Source: Podarcis pityusensis
Taxonomy: Eukaryota
DNA length: 64,000 nt
Assembly (NCBI GenBank): GCA_964106645.2
Contig: OZ067050.1
Strand: one strand, 5' to 3'
In this document: piece after piece, positions 12,533-25,395 of the stretch
Layout: every line of letters starts with the position of its first letter
How positions within the stretch are numbered: the stretch's first letter is position 1
The notes under the pieces: generated by a model
Databases searched by the model: none
Seen by the model: only the letters and a program-made list of their open reading frames with translations
Told to the model about the DNA's origin: nothing
Made by a program: the position numbers and the translations under genes

Positions 12533-13504
12533 TTACACAAGAAAACTAAAGAATGAGTTCTTAGAGTGTCTCAAACCCAATAGTTTTAACAGGGAAAGTT
12601 TTATCTCCTTGTTTCTCATGCTGTAGATTACTGGATTCATCAGTGGCGGAAACATGGAATACATAATGGTAAGTGCCAAGTCCAGATGTGAGGGGGTATT
12701 AGAGGTTGGCTTGAGATAAGCAAAGCAGCCAGTGAACACAAATATGGAGAAAACAATGAGGTGTGGAAGGCATGTTGAGAAGGCCTTTTGCCTCCCTTCA
12801 ATAGAAGGGATTTTCAACACTGCAGAGAAGATGTGCACATAGGTGATGATGATGAAGATAAAACAACCTAACCCAATGACAGCACTTACCACAACAATTC
12901 CAATTTCAAGAAGGTACAAATCAGAGCAGGTGAGTTTAAGTAACTGTGGGATTTCACAGAAAAACTGATTGACAATATTGGAGCAAAAGGTGGGTGCAAA
13001 GGTGCCTCCCGTGTGTAACACTCCATAGAAAAAACTGCTGATCCATACACTAGTAACCATTTGGATGCAGGCCTGCTTATTCATCAACACTTCATATTGC
13101 AATGGGTTGCAGATGGCAATGTACCTATCATATGCCATGACTGTGAGAAGGGAGAAATCAGATGCTAAGAAAAAGAGAAAGAAGAGGACTTGAGCAACAC
13201 ACCCAGAATAGGAAATGTGCCTGGTGTTCATGAGGGAATTGGACATGAATTTAGGGATGATGACTGAAACTTGTCCCAGGTCCTGCATAGCCAAGTTCAT
13301 GAGGAAGAAGTACATGGGGGTGTGCAGGTGGTGGTCAAAGGCTACTGCAGAGATGATGAGAAGATTTCCTGTGACAGTTGCCAAGTATAATACTAGGAAC
13401 AGAAGGAAGTGTAGAATCTGTAGTTCCCGAACCTCAGAGAATTCCAAAAGGAGAAATTCTGAGATAGATGTTTGATTAATTCTGCTTTGCTCTTTAAGAT
13501 GCAT
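12533..13504 (-). CDS. Olfactory receptor, OR14-like (323 aa)
   Basis: LHTPMYFFL, MAYDRYIAIC, KAFSTC and PLMNPVIYS motifs. ATG at 13504 follows the acceptor CTTCCTTCAACAG|TCAAC; the track start at 13525 lies in the intron. Confidence 0.97.
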   Translation of the reverse strand: MHLKEQSRINQTSISEFLLLEFSEVRELQILHFLLFLVLYLATVTGNLLIISAVAFDHHLHTPMYFFLMNLAMQDLGQVSVIIPKFMSNSLMNTRHISYSGCVAQVLFFLFFLASDFSLLTVMAYDRYIAICNPLQYEVLMNKQACIQMVTSVWISSFFYGVLHTGGTFAPTFCSNIVNQFFCEIPQLLKLTCSDLYLLEIGIVVVSAVIGLGCFIFIIITYVHIFSAVLKIPSIEGRQKAFSTCLPHLIVFSIFVFTGCFAYLKPTSNTPSHLDLALTIMYSMFPPLMNPVIYSMRNKEIKLSLLKLLGLRHSKNSFFSFLV

Positions 13505-13793
13505 GTTGACTGTTGAAGGAAGCACAAGGAGAGTTGTTAAAATGAGAGCCTAATGTAACTATCGAAGCTACAGTACTTGGACTTAATTTCAAATTACTAC
13601 TACTACCACTGCTTCATCATCATCATTATTTCAGAATATAGCACTTTCCAAAGAACAACTATGCTAGTTCTAGTGTACGATCTAAAATATACACAGGGAA
13701 GCAAGAGAAAAATGTGACTTTTGAATCATGGGTAGGCAGGGGAAGAATACAACATTGTTTCAATTAATTATATTTGTATTAGGTAATTCAATA

Positions 13794-13794
<1 letters not shown>

Positions 13795-13832
<38 letters not shown>

Positions 13833-14048
13833 ATTTATATATCACCTTTATCTTCCAAGGAGGTCAAGGTGAGGTACATAGTCCTCCTCCTCTTCATTTG
13901 ATCCTCACAACAACCATGTGAGGTAGGGTAGGCTGAGAGATGGTGACTGGCCCATAGTCACCCAGTGAGCTTCATGGCTGTGTGGGGATTCATCCTTACT
14001 CTCCCAGGTAATGGTCCAGCTCTCTAACCATTATGCCACACTGGCTCT
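13795..14048 (-). mobile_element. tRNA-derived SINE (Squam3/MIR-like) with (TAA)n tail
   Basis: The reverse complement starts AGAGCCAGTGTGGCATAATGGTTAGAG (A-box-like), has a CORE-like body and ends in the (ATT)n tract at 13795-13830. Confidence 0.7.
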
Positions 14049-14548
14049 CAATTATTGAGCATTCGTCCTGATATGTTTCCTCAATTTTGCAGGGAGGCTT
14101 TATAATATCCCTTGTTTATTTAATATTCATTCTGATTTTCTTGTTCAGAGGTTACTCAACACCATGACAGGCAATTGTTATTTCAAACTTTCCAATGCAT
14201 TTCCTCATTACATTATTTACTACAGAAGTATTGTTGTGCATGTTTGAACTTAGAAGTGGCTTTTGTTTTGCCACAGCCCGAAATCTAATTTAATTGTGCC
14301 ACCTGAATTTCTGGCATGTGCCAAAAACCAAAAGAACAGCCCAGATGGATAAAGTCAAAGCAAATCTAGTCTAGCACCATATTCTCACAGTGGCCAACCA
14401 GAAACCTATGGGAATCCTACACTAGGACCTGAATGGAGCTGCACTCTTCTCACTTGTGATTCCCAGCAAATGGTATTTTTGAGGCATACTGACTCCGACA
14501 GTCAGAGGGTATATGTCTATGTATGGTGCAAAGAAAATGAATAGCCCT

Positions 14549-15105
14549 GGAAAGGAAATAACATCCCAACAAAAAGGGAATGGTTAAGTAAACTATGTGA
14601 GTATCTGGAGTTAGCAAAATTGACGGATATAATAAGGCATAAATCTAAAACTATGGTACAGAAACAATGGGAATGCTTAAATGAATATTTACACAAACAG
14701 GGATCAAACACGAAAGTTTGGTTGTGCTTAGACTAACCTTGTGAAGAATACAGAGAATACAGGAAGTGACTGAAGAACAGATGTAAAAGTTAACTAGATA
14801 ACCAAGAGACGTGTGGTGAATGCGGTGGGAGTCTTTTATATTATTTTAACTAGGATTTAAATATTGTAATGTTTGAAGTATGAATTTGGAATAATTGATT
14901 ATGAAAAATATTTTTTCTTTTCATTTTTTTTCTTGTTTCTTTCTTTTATCTTTTGTCTTTCTTCTTTTCTAGTTTGCATTCTGGAAAATTGTGTAGATAA
15001 AATGTTTTTATGTATGGTTATGTATTGTTTCTATTTCTTCTTTTCCATTCATTTTTTTGTAACATTTAATAAAATTTAAAAAAAATAATTAAAAAAGAAA
15101 GAAAG
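14549..15105 (+). mobile_element. 5'-truncated L1 LINE
   Basis: 19-bp TSD AAAGAAAATGAATAGCCCT (14530-14548, 15106-15124). Encodes an ORF2 C-terminus (WKGNNIPTKREWLSKLCEYLELAKLT...QWECLNEYL), followed by a T-rich 3' UTR, AATAAA and an A-rich tail. Confidence 0.85.
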
Positions 15106-16098
15106 AAAGAAAATGAATAGCCCTAGAAAAAACCTAGCCCTATGCCCTGTGAATTTAGAATTTATCCAAGGTGGCCATAACATTGTATGGGAGTGGAAGA
15201 CATTTCAAAGGAGAGTGAGAGATGAAAGGAGAGAGGGTTAAACATTCTAAGGCTCAAAGACTCAGTTATTCAACAATATCAAAACACCAAGTAACATTTA
15301 ACATACACTTTCTTCACTAAGTTAGTCTATAATTTCAGAGAACGATATTCTCTGTGTGATTAACACTCACTGTTATGCATCCACTAGAAATTTGAGAAAT
15401 CTTACCAATGTCTGTAGGCTTCCTTTAAAATCATGTCCCTTAAAATTCCTCAAGTGTCTTTGTTAAGGTGATTTTTACAGATTATGACCAAATTTAATTT
15501 TAATACAGCTCTTGTTGTTTGTGGATCTATATTACAGTTTAGGGAGGGGGGATGTTCATACCTAATAGACACTACCTGAACCGATATAGAAAATGAAATG
15601 TGACCATACAAAACAAATTTAGGGTACATTTCTATGAATTTTGCAACACTGTTCTCTAGCCAGCCAAAAACAAGCCATAAAAATTATGTATAGTATGGTA
15701 AAGGGCAACCAAAAATACATCAGTGATTAATGGAAATGTACAAAAATACATTATATTTGGGAAAATTTCTTGTAAAAGGCATGTAAGGCATAATTGTGTT
15801 AAAATGCATATTTTAGGAGGAAGGTGCCTGGAAATATGTATGGATTTTCATCTAGGCTGTTTATTGGGGGAGAGAAACTGATGTGAAACTCCTGCAAACT
15901 GAATTTAAGATTTCAGGGAGGGGGAATTAAAATTGAGAGCTCCACCATCTTTACTAGAGATTACACAACAGATTGTGTTGCCCTGTGATGGGATTATGTC
16001 TTTATGTGAAAACAATTTACAGTACTCTGCTTTGTGTGAGATTCATGGGCATAGAGAGTGTTGAGAAAAAGAGTCATTGTAAGTGGAAGGAGGGGGGG

Positions 16099-16101
<3 letters not shown>

Positions 16102-16140
<39 letters not shown>
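16102..16140. repeat. (GA)n microsatellite
   Basis: Read directly from the sequence. Confidence 0.95.
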
Positions 16141-16144
<4 letters not shown>

Positions 16145-16167
16145 CGTGGAAGAAACAAATGAATGTA

Positions 16168-16409
16168 CAGTGGTACCTTGGGTTACAGACACTTCAGGTT
16201 ACAGACACTTCAGGTTACAGACCCCGCTAACCCAGAAATAGTACCTCAGGTTAAGAACTTTGCTTCAGGATGAGAACAGAAATTGTGTGGTGGCAGCGCA
16301 GAGGCAGTAGGAGGCCCCATTAGCTAAAGTGGTACCTCAGGTTAAGAACAGTTTCAGGTTAAGAACAGACCTCCAGAACGAATTAAGTTCTTAATCCGAG
16401 GTACCACTG
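16168..16409. mobile_element. Tc1/mariner (Tigger-like) MITE
   Basis: Terminal inverted repeats CAGTGGTACCTTGGGTT / AATCCGAGGTACCACTG, flanked by TA on both sides; internal CAGGTTA subrepeats. Confidence 0.85.
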
Positions 16410-16512
16410 TAAGACGAAGGGCAAGGGTATATATTTAAAGTGAGTGAGTGTTCATAGTGAGAGCAACTAAGCAACTCTAAGATGACAAGGGGAAAAAATT
16501 AAGGATATAGCA

Positions 16513-16740
16513 GCTTACTATTTTTTCTTTCCAGATTTCTCTCAGCTTCAAATGGTTGTTCTCCTCCAACTAAGTCAGATGACAGTGTATTTCTCCAGCC
16601 ATACAGTACATGCCATTTTATAAAAGCCATTCTATACACAGCTCTATGGTGATAATAAGAAGATGTCAATTATGATGTAATAATTTATGTTTTGTGTTGC
16701 AGGAGATTTACTGTCATGGGAATCCAGCACTTCTCAGTAG
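16513..16740 (-). promoter_or_regulatory. Putative promoter and 5' non-coding exon of the OR at 12533-13504
   Basis: Donor GTAAGC (16518-16513), TATAAAA (16622-16616), O/E-like ATTCCCATGAC (~16713-16723). Homologous to the blocks at 22005, 25770 and 60573. Confidence 0.65.
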
Positions 16741-17146
16741 TTGGAGTTTACGGAAACAAAAATAGCTTGTTCTTTTTGATAATATACTTTTTACAGACTG
16801 TGGAAAATTGGGTTCCTGAGATTTTTATTTATTTATTTATTGATAAAATTTCTGTACTACCCTTTATCCAAGATTCACAGGGTGGTTTACAATATAAAGA
16901 AACAAAAATGCACATAATTGACCACATGGCGTGGCACACACACACCATTTGAATGGCAATGCCCATTAACTTGGGGTTGGTGAGTCCCTCAAATATTTTT
17001 TGGGGGGGGCGGCAAAGACCCCTTGGTCCCTATATGTTGGCTCCTATGGTAGAATCAGTCCCTATTTTCATCTGAGGAATGTTGGAGGGTACACCACACA
17101 GTTTACAATTGGTTTCAGAGTAAGTATTATAACATGGGATCAGGAA

Positions 17147-17197
17147 AGGAAGGAAGGAAGGAAGGAAGGAAGGAAGGAAGGAAGGAAGGAAGGAAGG
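17147..17197. repeat. (GGAA)n microsatellite
   Basis: Read directly from the sequence. Confidence 0.95.
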
Positions 17198-17697
17198 TCC
17201 AGCATGCTGGCACTTCTTTCAAACTTTTAGAAGTCAGGATCTGGTCTTTGTTCCCATGGAACTTGCACAATGGCAATATGCATGACCTGCTTTGTGCCAC
17301 ACAATGTTTGGGGACTTTGGAGGAGAACCTTTACCACAAAACCTTGATATTTTTTTCTCATAAAGAAGTCACAGATAGCAAATCTTTCCTGCCCTGCACC
17401 CCTCATCCTTAGAGGTTTTCCCTATCATAACCACAATCTAGACCATTAGGGCTTTGTAGGAGATCAAAACTAGCACTTTAAATTCAGTCTGGGAGTTGTT
17501 GGTTTTTTTTAGCAAATAAAGCCTCTTCAGGATATGTGAAGTAGTGATGAATGGATTGCTGCTCTTCAGAAGGTAAGGCACCACATTCTGTACTTGAAGT
17601 TTCTCAAAGCACCGTATAAAATGTAATGCCATTCTCCTCTCTTTGGATCTGTCCCAGAAGGCCATTAGGATAACTCCTATCTCACCTCCCCCTTTCT

Positions 17698-18066
17698 TTC
17701 TTTCTTTTTAATATAATTTTTATTAAATTTTTTCATTATATCAATTCCAACATCAAACAAATTTTCACAAATTTCAGGTTTTTTTGGACTTCCATCAGCT
17801 TCTCTGTCAATCATCCATATTTTCCCATTTTTACACATTTTCTAAGTTTAGTATTGCATTTTAATATTACTTTATCAATCCTCTTTCTGTTTAACAAATA
17901 TTACTCTACCTTTCACAAAGCCTCTTTAAATCCCACTAGCGTTGTTTGTTCATCACATGTACTTTTCAGATATTCAGTAAATTTTTCCCAGTCCTTGATG
18001 AACTTGTGTTCCCGTTGATATCTAATCTTCCCAGTTAATTTGTCCAGTTCAGCATAGTCCATAAGT
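17698..18066 (-). mobile_element. 5'-truncated L1 LINE
   Basis: 16-bp TSD TCACCTCCCCCTTTCT (17682-17697, 18067-18082). The minus strand encodes LMDYAELDKLTGKIRYQREHKFIKDWEKFTEYLK (ORF2 C-terminus), then a 3' UTR and A-rich tail. Confidence 0.85.
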
Positions 18067-18199
18067 TCACCTCCCCCTTTCTATTTTATTCCAAAGAAGT
18101 AGGAAGTGACAAGACTGTCCGATGCAACAGGCTGTTGTGGAGAATGGGTTTGTATCATCGCACATACTAGTGACATCTTCCTTCACCATTTTAATACTG

Positions 18200-18600
18200 A
18201 TGATGAGGAAGAGTTATTTGAAATGGGGTTGTACTCCCTTGGAGGAGTGCACCTGGATCCATTTTGGTCATTGAAAGACCAATGACTTCCATGGCTAGGA
18301 GTGCCCTTATACCAACTTTAGGTGTTAAGTCAGCTGTGGTAACTTCTGGACTGGGATAGCTTGACCACTGGTGTCCATGCCTTCATATTGGATTACTGCA
18401 ATGTGCTCTATGTGAGGTTGCCCATGAGGTTGACTCAGAAGCTTCAGCATAATTTCTGAACTTGACGGCTCACTGAAGCAGAAATGTACAGCTGCTAAAA
18501 GAATTGTGCTTACTGCAAATTATCTACCAGGCTAAGGTCCTGCTACAGATAAGGAGAGACAAAGCCTATTCAGCTGTGGGACACAATGTCTTATTTCCTG
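18200..18600 (+). mobile_element. Degenerate L2-clade LINE fragment
   Basis: TTGGATTACTGCAATGTGCTCTATGTG (LDYCNVLYV) matches the L2 copy at 62116; frameshifted. Boundaries approximate. Confidence 0.6.
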
Positions 18601-20155
18601 ATGGGTCACTGTGCTCTTTAGAAGAGGGTATCCTGAAGATAGCAGCTCATTAGGATATCCATTTCCTATACAATATAGGAAATGGGTCTCTACTGTGAAG
18701 ACACCTACCTTTTGGAAGTTCTTTTTTATATATATTAGGTGTCACTTCTATTGTTCTTCAGGACCTGTTCATCCTTCAACAAGCCTTTGGAATTATTATT
18801 ATTATTTATGAAATTTGTATACCGGTCTTCATTCAAAGCTCTCAGGGTGGTTCACAGGATAAAAATACAAGATAGAAACACAAAATACGTAATAAAAACA
18901 AGAAGGAAAACAAAACACACCAATACCCTCCCACAAACACATATAAAAGTATATAGGATGTTAATCAGCCAAAGACTTGGTTGAAGAGGAACGTGTTCCT
19001 GCATTGCATTTCAAATTGTTTTTATATATGGAATCATTTTGTCAATGGAGTGGCTGGTTATGCTAAGCCTGTCCGTTCCCAGATAGGGAGCTTCTTGAAT
19101 GAAAACGCAACTAAGGAATATTCAAAGCAAGCCAAGCCAAAATTGGCTCTGTTCTTTATTTCTGCTGCACATCAGGTGACAACCTAAAGGTACTGCCCCA
19201 AACAAGGAAAGTACAAAGTATTTTATACATTTCTGTAATTAGCATATAATTAACAAATTATGCCAAAGCCTGGTACATCCTAACACATGGATACATAGTA
19301 TTTGTTATAACTGTTTAGCCATTGCCAACTTTACACAAACACAAGGTTCATATTTGCATACAAGGCAAGTTGACAGGGCAAGTCAGCAACCATCAGCCAA
19401 TACAGTAAACAGAGCTGGCAAACTTTGGTACATTTAAAATCAATCAATCAATCAATCAATCAACAGCAAAACTTCCCATCATTCTATTGCAGGCTTTGGT
19501 CCCAAAATTTTGCAGTGCAAAGGCATTTCCTTCACAAGTCTGTGATGCACTTTATTCCTGCATTTTATATATGTGTTTTGTTGTATGGTGAAGTAGATTT
19601 GAAATCCTTTTAGGAAACAATTTTTAAAATAATAAATAAATAAATGCATACAGACTTACATACAAATGTGATGCTTTTTTGCTTTGCAATCAGTTTATTT
19701 TAAACTTCAATTTTCATACATAATTCAATGTCTATGTAAAGATTGATTGGCGCAGCTGAGCTAGTGTAACAGAATGAGCCTGTTTTCATGTAACAAAGGG
19801 AATTTTGATTCTGCATTGGTGTGCGTCAAGGAATCAGAGCAGGGAGTGACTTGAAAGGTTATCTTGCTCAATATCTTGCTGTAGCAGGAAACCAGTTACT
19901 ACACATCCCTGATGGATGAACATTTAGTCTATACATAAAAACGTCTAAGACTCTTGTTCATCACCTTCTGAAAAACATCTGTATGACTTTTGAACAGTTG
20001 ATACTATTAGGAACATTCATAATGCTTAATAATAAAAAGTGCTCTTCTAATTTGACTATGTTAGTTCAGTTTTATCTTGTAAAGCAGCCCTGAGCTGAAT
20101 ATATGTAACTCATGCAAACTTTCCTCATCAGACTTACAGTTTCCAATCATTAGAG

Positions 20156-21148
20156 TTATATACAGAATTTACATTTACAAAATTGGCTGGGAAAGGTATT
20201 CATAGAGGAGTGCCTTAAACCCAACAGCTTTGACAGAGCATTTTTAATTTCTTTATTTCTCATGCTGTAGATTACTGGATTCATCAGAGGTGGAACCATG
20301 GAATATATCACTGTAAATGCCAAATCCAGGTGTGGTGGGCTATTAAATATGGGCTTAAGGTAAGCAAAGTATCCAGTGAATACAAATAGGGAGCAAACAA
20401 TGAGATGCGGAAGGCAAGTTGAAAAGGCCTTTTGCCTCCCTGCACCAGAGGGGATTTTCAACACTGAGCTGAATATGTACACATAAGTTACAACGATGAA
20501 GATGAAGCAGCCTAACGCAATGACTAAACTGAATGCAAGAACTCCAATTTCAAGTAGGTACAAATCAGAGCAAGTCAGTTTAAGTAACTCTGGGACTTCA
20601 CAGAAAAACTGATTGACCAGATTGGAACAAAAAGGGGGTGCAAACGTGCCCCCAGTATGTAACACTCCGTAGAAAAAGCTGATGATCCATACACTAATGA
20701 TCATTTGGGTACAGGCCTGCCTATTCATCAACATCTCATACTGTAACGGTTTGCAAATTGCAATATACCGATCATATGCCATGACTGTAAGAAGAAAGAA
20801 ATCTGATGCTATGAAGAAGAGAAAAAAGAGTACTTGAGCAACACATCCCAGATTTGAAATGTACCTTGTATTTAAGATGGTATTGGCCATGGATTTCGGC
20901 ATAATGACTGAAACTGAGCCAAGGTCTTGTAAGGCCAAGTTCATCAGAAAGAAGTACATGGGGGTGTGCAGGTGGTGGTCAAAGGCTACTGCAGAGATGA
21001 TGAGAAGATTTCCTGTAAGTGCTGCCAGGTAAAAAGCAAGGAACACAACAAAGTATAAAATCTGTAGCTCTCGAAGCTCTGAGAATTCTAGAAGAAGAAA
21101 TCCTGACAGAGAGGACTGATTAACTATGATTTGCTCCATCACAATCAT
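20156..21148 (-). CDS. Olfactory receptor, OR14-like (330 aa)
   Basis: All canonical OR motifs; acceptor CTTTCTTCCACAG|CAAC-ATG. Confidence 0.97.
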   Translation of the reverse strand: MIVMEQIIVNQSSLSGFLLLEFSELRELQILYFVVFLAFYLAALTGNLLIISAVAFDHHLHTPMYFFLMNLALQDLGSVSVIMPKSMANTILNTRYISNLGCVAQVLFFLFFIASDFFLLTVMAYDRYIAICKPLQYEMLMNRQACTQMIISVWIISFFYGVLHTGGTFAPPFCSNLVNQFFCEVPELLKLTCSDLYLLEIGVLAFSLVIALGCFIFIVVTYVYIFSSVLKIPSGAGRQKAFSTCLPHLIVCSLFVFTGYFAYLKPIFNSPPHLDLAFTVIYSMVPPLMNPVIYSMRNKEIKNALSKLLGLRHSSMNTFPSQFCKCKFCI

Positions 21149-22004
21149 GTTGCTGTGGAAGAAAGCGGAACAAAGTGATTAAAGGGAATTTGAAAAAAGA
21201 AAAGTATGTCAAGAAAGAGTCCTGCACTGTCTGCAAAAGAAGATGGTATTGTTCCTGACTTGATTTGCAGTGTCCCTTCTAACTAGTCAACCTATTGCAG
21301 CGATAATTTGTGACAACATAGATCAGAACAGATTGTATCATATGATTTTCCTAAAGACTAAAATAATAAAAAAAATCCAAGAATTTCTCTTATGCACTGC
21401 ATGAGCAGTGAATACCTGTGCTGTCTGTAAGTTTTTCAGCAATAGATAGATGATAGATAGATAGATAGATATAGATAGATGGTGCACCAACCCTGCAAGA
21501 AGCGGGTTTAAAAGACTGGAAGAACAATGGAGCAATTCACATTAGAGGAATCCCAACCATGCCAACAATATTAACAAGCAACAAAAATTAGGCTTTGGTC
21601 AGAGTTATTGGCATTTTGTGGTACACTGCTATCAAATGATTTTTTTGTGTGTGTGTGTGAAATTTGTAGAGTATCTAGAATAAAAATACAAAATGAGAAC
21701 ATAAAATTATATGAACATAGGGAAGTTTGGACTTGTGACCAGCACAAAGAAAAAAAGTAGCTTGGGACTGGCATGAATGAAAAGTACAGAAACACAAAAA
21801 CAGACAAAACACATGTTGATGTACTTTGTGTTGTACTAGTCATGAAAAGAGAAAGAGGGTTGCACAAAGAGAGAGTTACAAAGTGACTATATGTGGAAGA
21901 GAGAATATGGCAGAGAAATAGAGAGGAGGAGAGCAGGCAGAGAATTGAAGGGATTTATTATTTTCATTGCAAGTCAAGTGCAATTGAGAAAATGAGTATA
22001 AGCA

Positions 22005-22230
22005 GCTTACTATTATTCTTCATAGATTTCTCTCCACTTCAGATTCTGTTTCATTCCACTGAAATGAAATGACTGCATATCTATGCAGCCATACATGCAA
22101 TTTTTATAAGATTCTTCCTACGCTTGGATCTACTGTGACAATAAACATTTGTCAACATGGGGAGGAGATTTCTTAATAACTCTTCTGTCTTTCTGGAGAT
22201 TTGCTCCCACAGGAATTAAACACATATTAG
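22005..22230 (-). promoter_or_regulatory. Putative promoter and 5' non-coding exon of the OR at 20156-21148
   Basis: Donor GTAAGC (22010-22005), TATAAAAA (22108-22101), O/E-like ATTCCTGTGGGAG (~22204-22216). Confidence 0.7.
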
Positions 22231-22309
22231 AAATAAAGCTTGTTTGCAAAATGCATGTATTAGGCATAATTGTGGGAAAATACAATTTTTAGGAGAAATA
22301 TTCATATAT

Positions 22310-22950
22310 CAATCATGTACCAGCTCCATCTGCTACACAGGCTTAGACTCTAGCTGCCTATAGACTGTTTCACCAGAGCAGTGCATGCTATAGTTATCTC
22401 CCGCTTGAGCTACTGCAATGTGCTCTACATGGGGTTACCTTTGAAGGTGACCTGGAAAAATGCAATTAATGTAGAATGCAGCAGCTAGACTGGTGATTGG
22501 GAATGGCCACTGAAACCATATAAAACTGGTCCTGAAAGACCTACATTAGCTCCCAGTACAAAATGCAAAGTGTTGGTGCTGACCTTTAAAGCCCCAAATG
22601 GCCTCGGCCCAGTATACCTGAAGGAACGTCTTCACTCCCATCATTCAGCCTGGATACTGAGGTCCAGCACCAAGGGCCTTCTGGCAGTTCCCTCACTGCG
22701 AGAACTGGGGTTGCAGGGAACCAGGCAGAGGGCCTTCTCGGTAGTGGCACCTGCCCTGTGGAATGCCCTCCCATCAGATGTCAAGGAAATAAACAATTAT
22801 CTGACCTTTAGAAGACATCTGAAGGCAGCCCTGTTTAGGGAAGTTTTTAATGTTTGATGTTTTTTCGTGTTGTTAATATTCTGTTGGGAGCTACCCAGAA
22901 TGGTTGGGGCAACCCAGTCAGATGGCCAGGGTATAAATAATTAATTATTG
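22310..22950 (+). mobile_element. L2-clade LINE 3' fragment (decayed)
   Basis: Clearly homologous to 62116-62853 (...VLVLTFK...FRRHLKAALFREVFNV) with the same 3' UTR. Confidence 0.85.
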
Positions 22951-23349
22951 TTATTTCTGTTTGTCTGGAAGTTCCTGATGCTTTTGCAATGCACCTAGAT
23001 GGATTTTCTTCACATTTTATAATCTTTTTTGTAAAAAGAACTTTGTGTGCCTATAATGGTTAAAGTGAGAATGAAACTATCAAAGCAAGTCTCACCTGCA
23101 TGTCAACTCCACACGAGTAGTTCTGCAAGGAATTTTGAGTAGAGACATAAATGTGCCTTGTTTTTAGGTGTATATTGTAAGCCCTTGTATAAAATAAAGA
23201 ACTCACACCTAGAAAGATTTGTTTATTCAAGGATGATATACATAACTTTAGACAGTACATTGCAAAGTCAGCAGGTGCAGGCTGCAACCAATCACTGATA
23301 CATCCATTCTCTCTCTTTTAGAGATGAAAGTGATTCTAACCCTCTAGAA

Positions 23350-23386
<37 letters not shown>

Positions 23387-23402
23387 ATTATTATTATTAT
23401 TA
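23350..23402. repeat. (GTT)n(ATT)n compound microsatellite
   Basis: Read directly from the sequence. Confidence 0.95.
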
Positions 23403-24429
23403 TTTAGATTGGAACCATTTCTAGTCTATATAAAAAGTTATTTTCCCATATGTGAAGATCACAGCAGGGTTTGAAGTGTAAGAAAACAGCAGAATATATG
23501 TACAAACATGTTAGAGAGAATTAAATTAGATAAGACAGAACCTTAAAATGCAATCGTATGTAATCTGAATCATAAACATCGATGTTGGGTAAGCAGGAAG
23601 TCACTAGTTTTGTTGAATTAGAATATAATTGCTGAGCAACAAATGTAACTTTGGATATGGAAAAAAGAACAAAATACTGTTACAAAAAAGAGGCAGACTG
23701 TTGCTTTCCATTCCAATGGAAAAGAAAGATGTTATATCAAGAGCTATACATAGTTCACCAGGGGCTGATTCTTGTATCAAAGGTGCAAGCAGGACAAACA
23801 CACTGAACCATTAACATGAGCCAGGCAAAAGTCAAGGAAAACACATACACCCCAACATTCCTCTGATGAAAATAGGGACTTTTTATCTGAGGACTTTTGG
23901 AGGGTATGCAACGACTGTCAGGTACAGTGGTGTAAGTGTGGGTTAAAATGTTTCCCATTGCTTTACCTTTCTATGGAAAATTCATTGATTCAACTTACGT
24001 ATTATTGTCAATGTACCATAACTGAAATACAATAAAATTCAGATTAAGCAGAACAACAACCATAACAATTCTATACCACCCTTCATCCACGGATCACAGG
24101 GCAGTTTGCAATATAAAAACACAAAAATACATAATACAATAACAGACAAAAACAATAACCCCATTCACTTTAAAAGGCCATAAATTGTTTAATTAGCAAA
24201 GCCCAAAGTCACTTATGATGGTAGCCAGAGACCAAAGCATGTGGAGAGCTGCTGAGCAAATAAGGAAATTTTAACCACTACACCAATTCTCACAATTTGC
24301 AATATAAGCAATATAACCCTTCTAGAACAATTCAGAACACTAAGCTAAATCTATTTAGCTGCTTCAAAGTTTCCTCATAGAATTTCCAGTTTCCTATCAT
24401 TAGTATTATACCACATACAGGATTTTCCT

Positions 24430-25395
24430 TCACAAAATAAGACTGGAAATGTTTTTCATAGAGGAGTGACGCAAACGCAATAGCTTAGATAGTGCATTTT
24501 TAATCTCTCTATTTCTCATGCTATAGATTACTGGATTCATCAAGGGTGGAACCATGGAATACATCACTGTAAATGCCAAATCCAGATGTAATGAGGCAGG
24601 CTTGAAGAAAGCAAAGTATGAAGTAAATACAAATAGGCAGTATACAATGAGATGGGGAAGGCAAGTTGAGAAAGCCTTTTGCCTTCCTTCAGTTGAGGGG
24701 ATTTTCAGCACCGCAGTGAAAATGTACACATAGGTTATAATGTTGAAGAAAAAGCAGCCAATCCCAAAGACAGCACTTATAGAAATAGCTCCTATTTCCA
24801 CTAGATACAAATCCGTGCAGGCCAGCTTAAGTACTTGTGGGATTTCACAAAAAAATTGATTGACTACATTGGAACAAAAGGGGGATGCAAAGGTTCCTCC
24901 CGTGTGTAACACTCCATAGAAAAAGCTGCCGATCCATACACTGCTAATCATTTGAATATAGGCTTGCCTATTCATCAGCATCCCATACTGTAATGGTTTG
25001 CAAATGGCAACATACCGATCATATGCCATCACTGTGAGAAGAAAGAAGTCAGATCCCACAAAGAAGACAAAGAAGAATAGTTGTGCAACACACCCAGAGT
25101 AGGAAATGTACCTGGTGTTCATGAGGGAATTGAGCATGGACTTGGGAACAATGACTGAAGTTTGTCCCAGGTCCTGCATGGCCAAGTTCATCAGGAAGAA
25201 GTACATGGGGGTGTGCAGGTGGTGGTCAAAGGCTACTGCAGAGATGATGAGAAGATTCCCTGTGACAGTTGCCAAGTACAATACCAGGAATATAATGAAA
25301 TGTAGAATTTGTAGTTCCCGAACATCTGAGAATTCTAGGAGGAGAAATTCTGAGAAAGATGATTGATTATCCATGCTCTGCTTCTTCACATTCAT
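24430..25395 (-). CDS. Olfactory receptor, OR14-like (321 aa); left flanking gene 'A' of the array
   Basis: Canonical OR motifs; 3-aa shorter extracellular loop 3 (KPASLHL vs KPTSNTSPYL). Confidence 0.97.
   Translation of the reverse strand: MNVKKQSMDNQSSFSEFLLLEFSDVRELQILHFIIFLVLYLATVTGNLLIISAVAFDHHLHTPMYFFLMNLAMQDLGQTSVIVPKSMLNSLMNTRYISYSGCVAQLFFFVFFVGSDFFLLTVMAYDRYVAICKPLQYGMLMNRQAYIQMISSVWIGSFFYGVLHTGGTFASPFCSNVVNQFFCEIPQVLKLACTDLYLVEIGAISISAVFGIGCFFFNIITYVYIFTAVLKIPSTEGRQKAFSTCLPHLIVYCLFVFTSYFAFFKPASLHLDLAFTVMYSMVPPLMNPVIYSMRNREIKNALSKLLRLRHSSMKNISSLIL

Noticed and set aside
13215-13475. Recurrent 86-aa plus-strand ORF antisense to each OR (also 25106, 30873, 36637, 44653, 50414, 58383)
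   Set aside because: A shadow frame of the conserved OR TM1-TM2 codons with a non-ATG start; its recurrence is explained by OR paralogy.
16180-16400. Spaced short direct repeats (CAGGTTACAGAC / CAGGTTAAGAAC) suggestive of a CRISPR-like array
   Set aside because: Subterminal repeats inside a TA-flanked Tc1/mariner MITE; irregular spacing, eukaryotic context and no cas genes.
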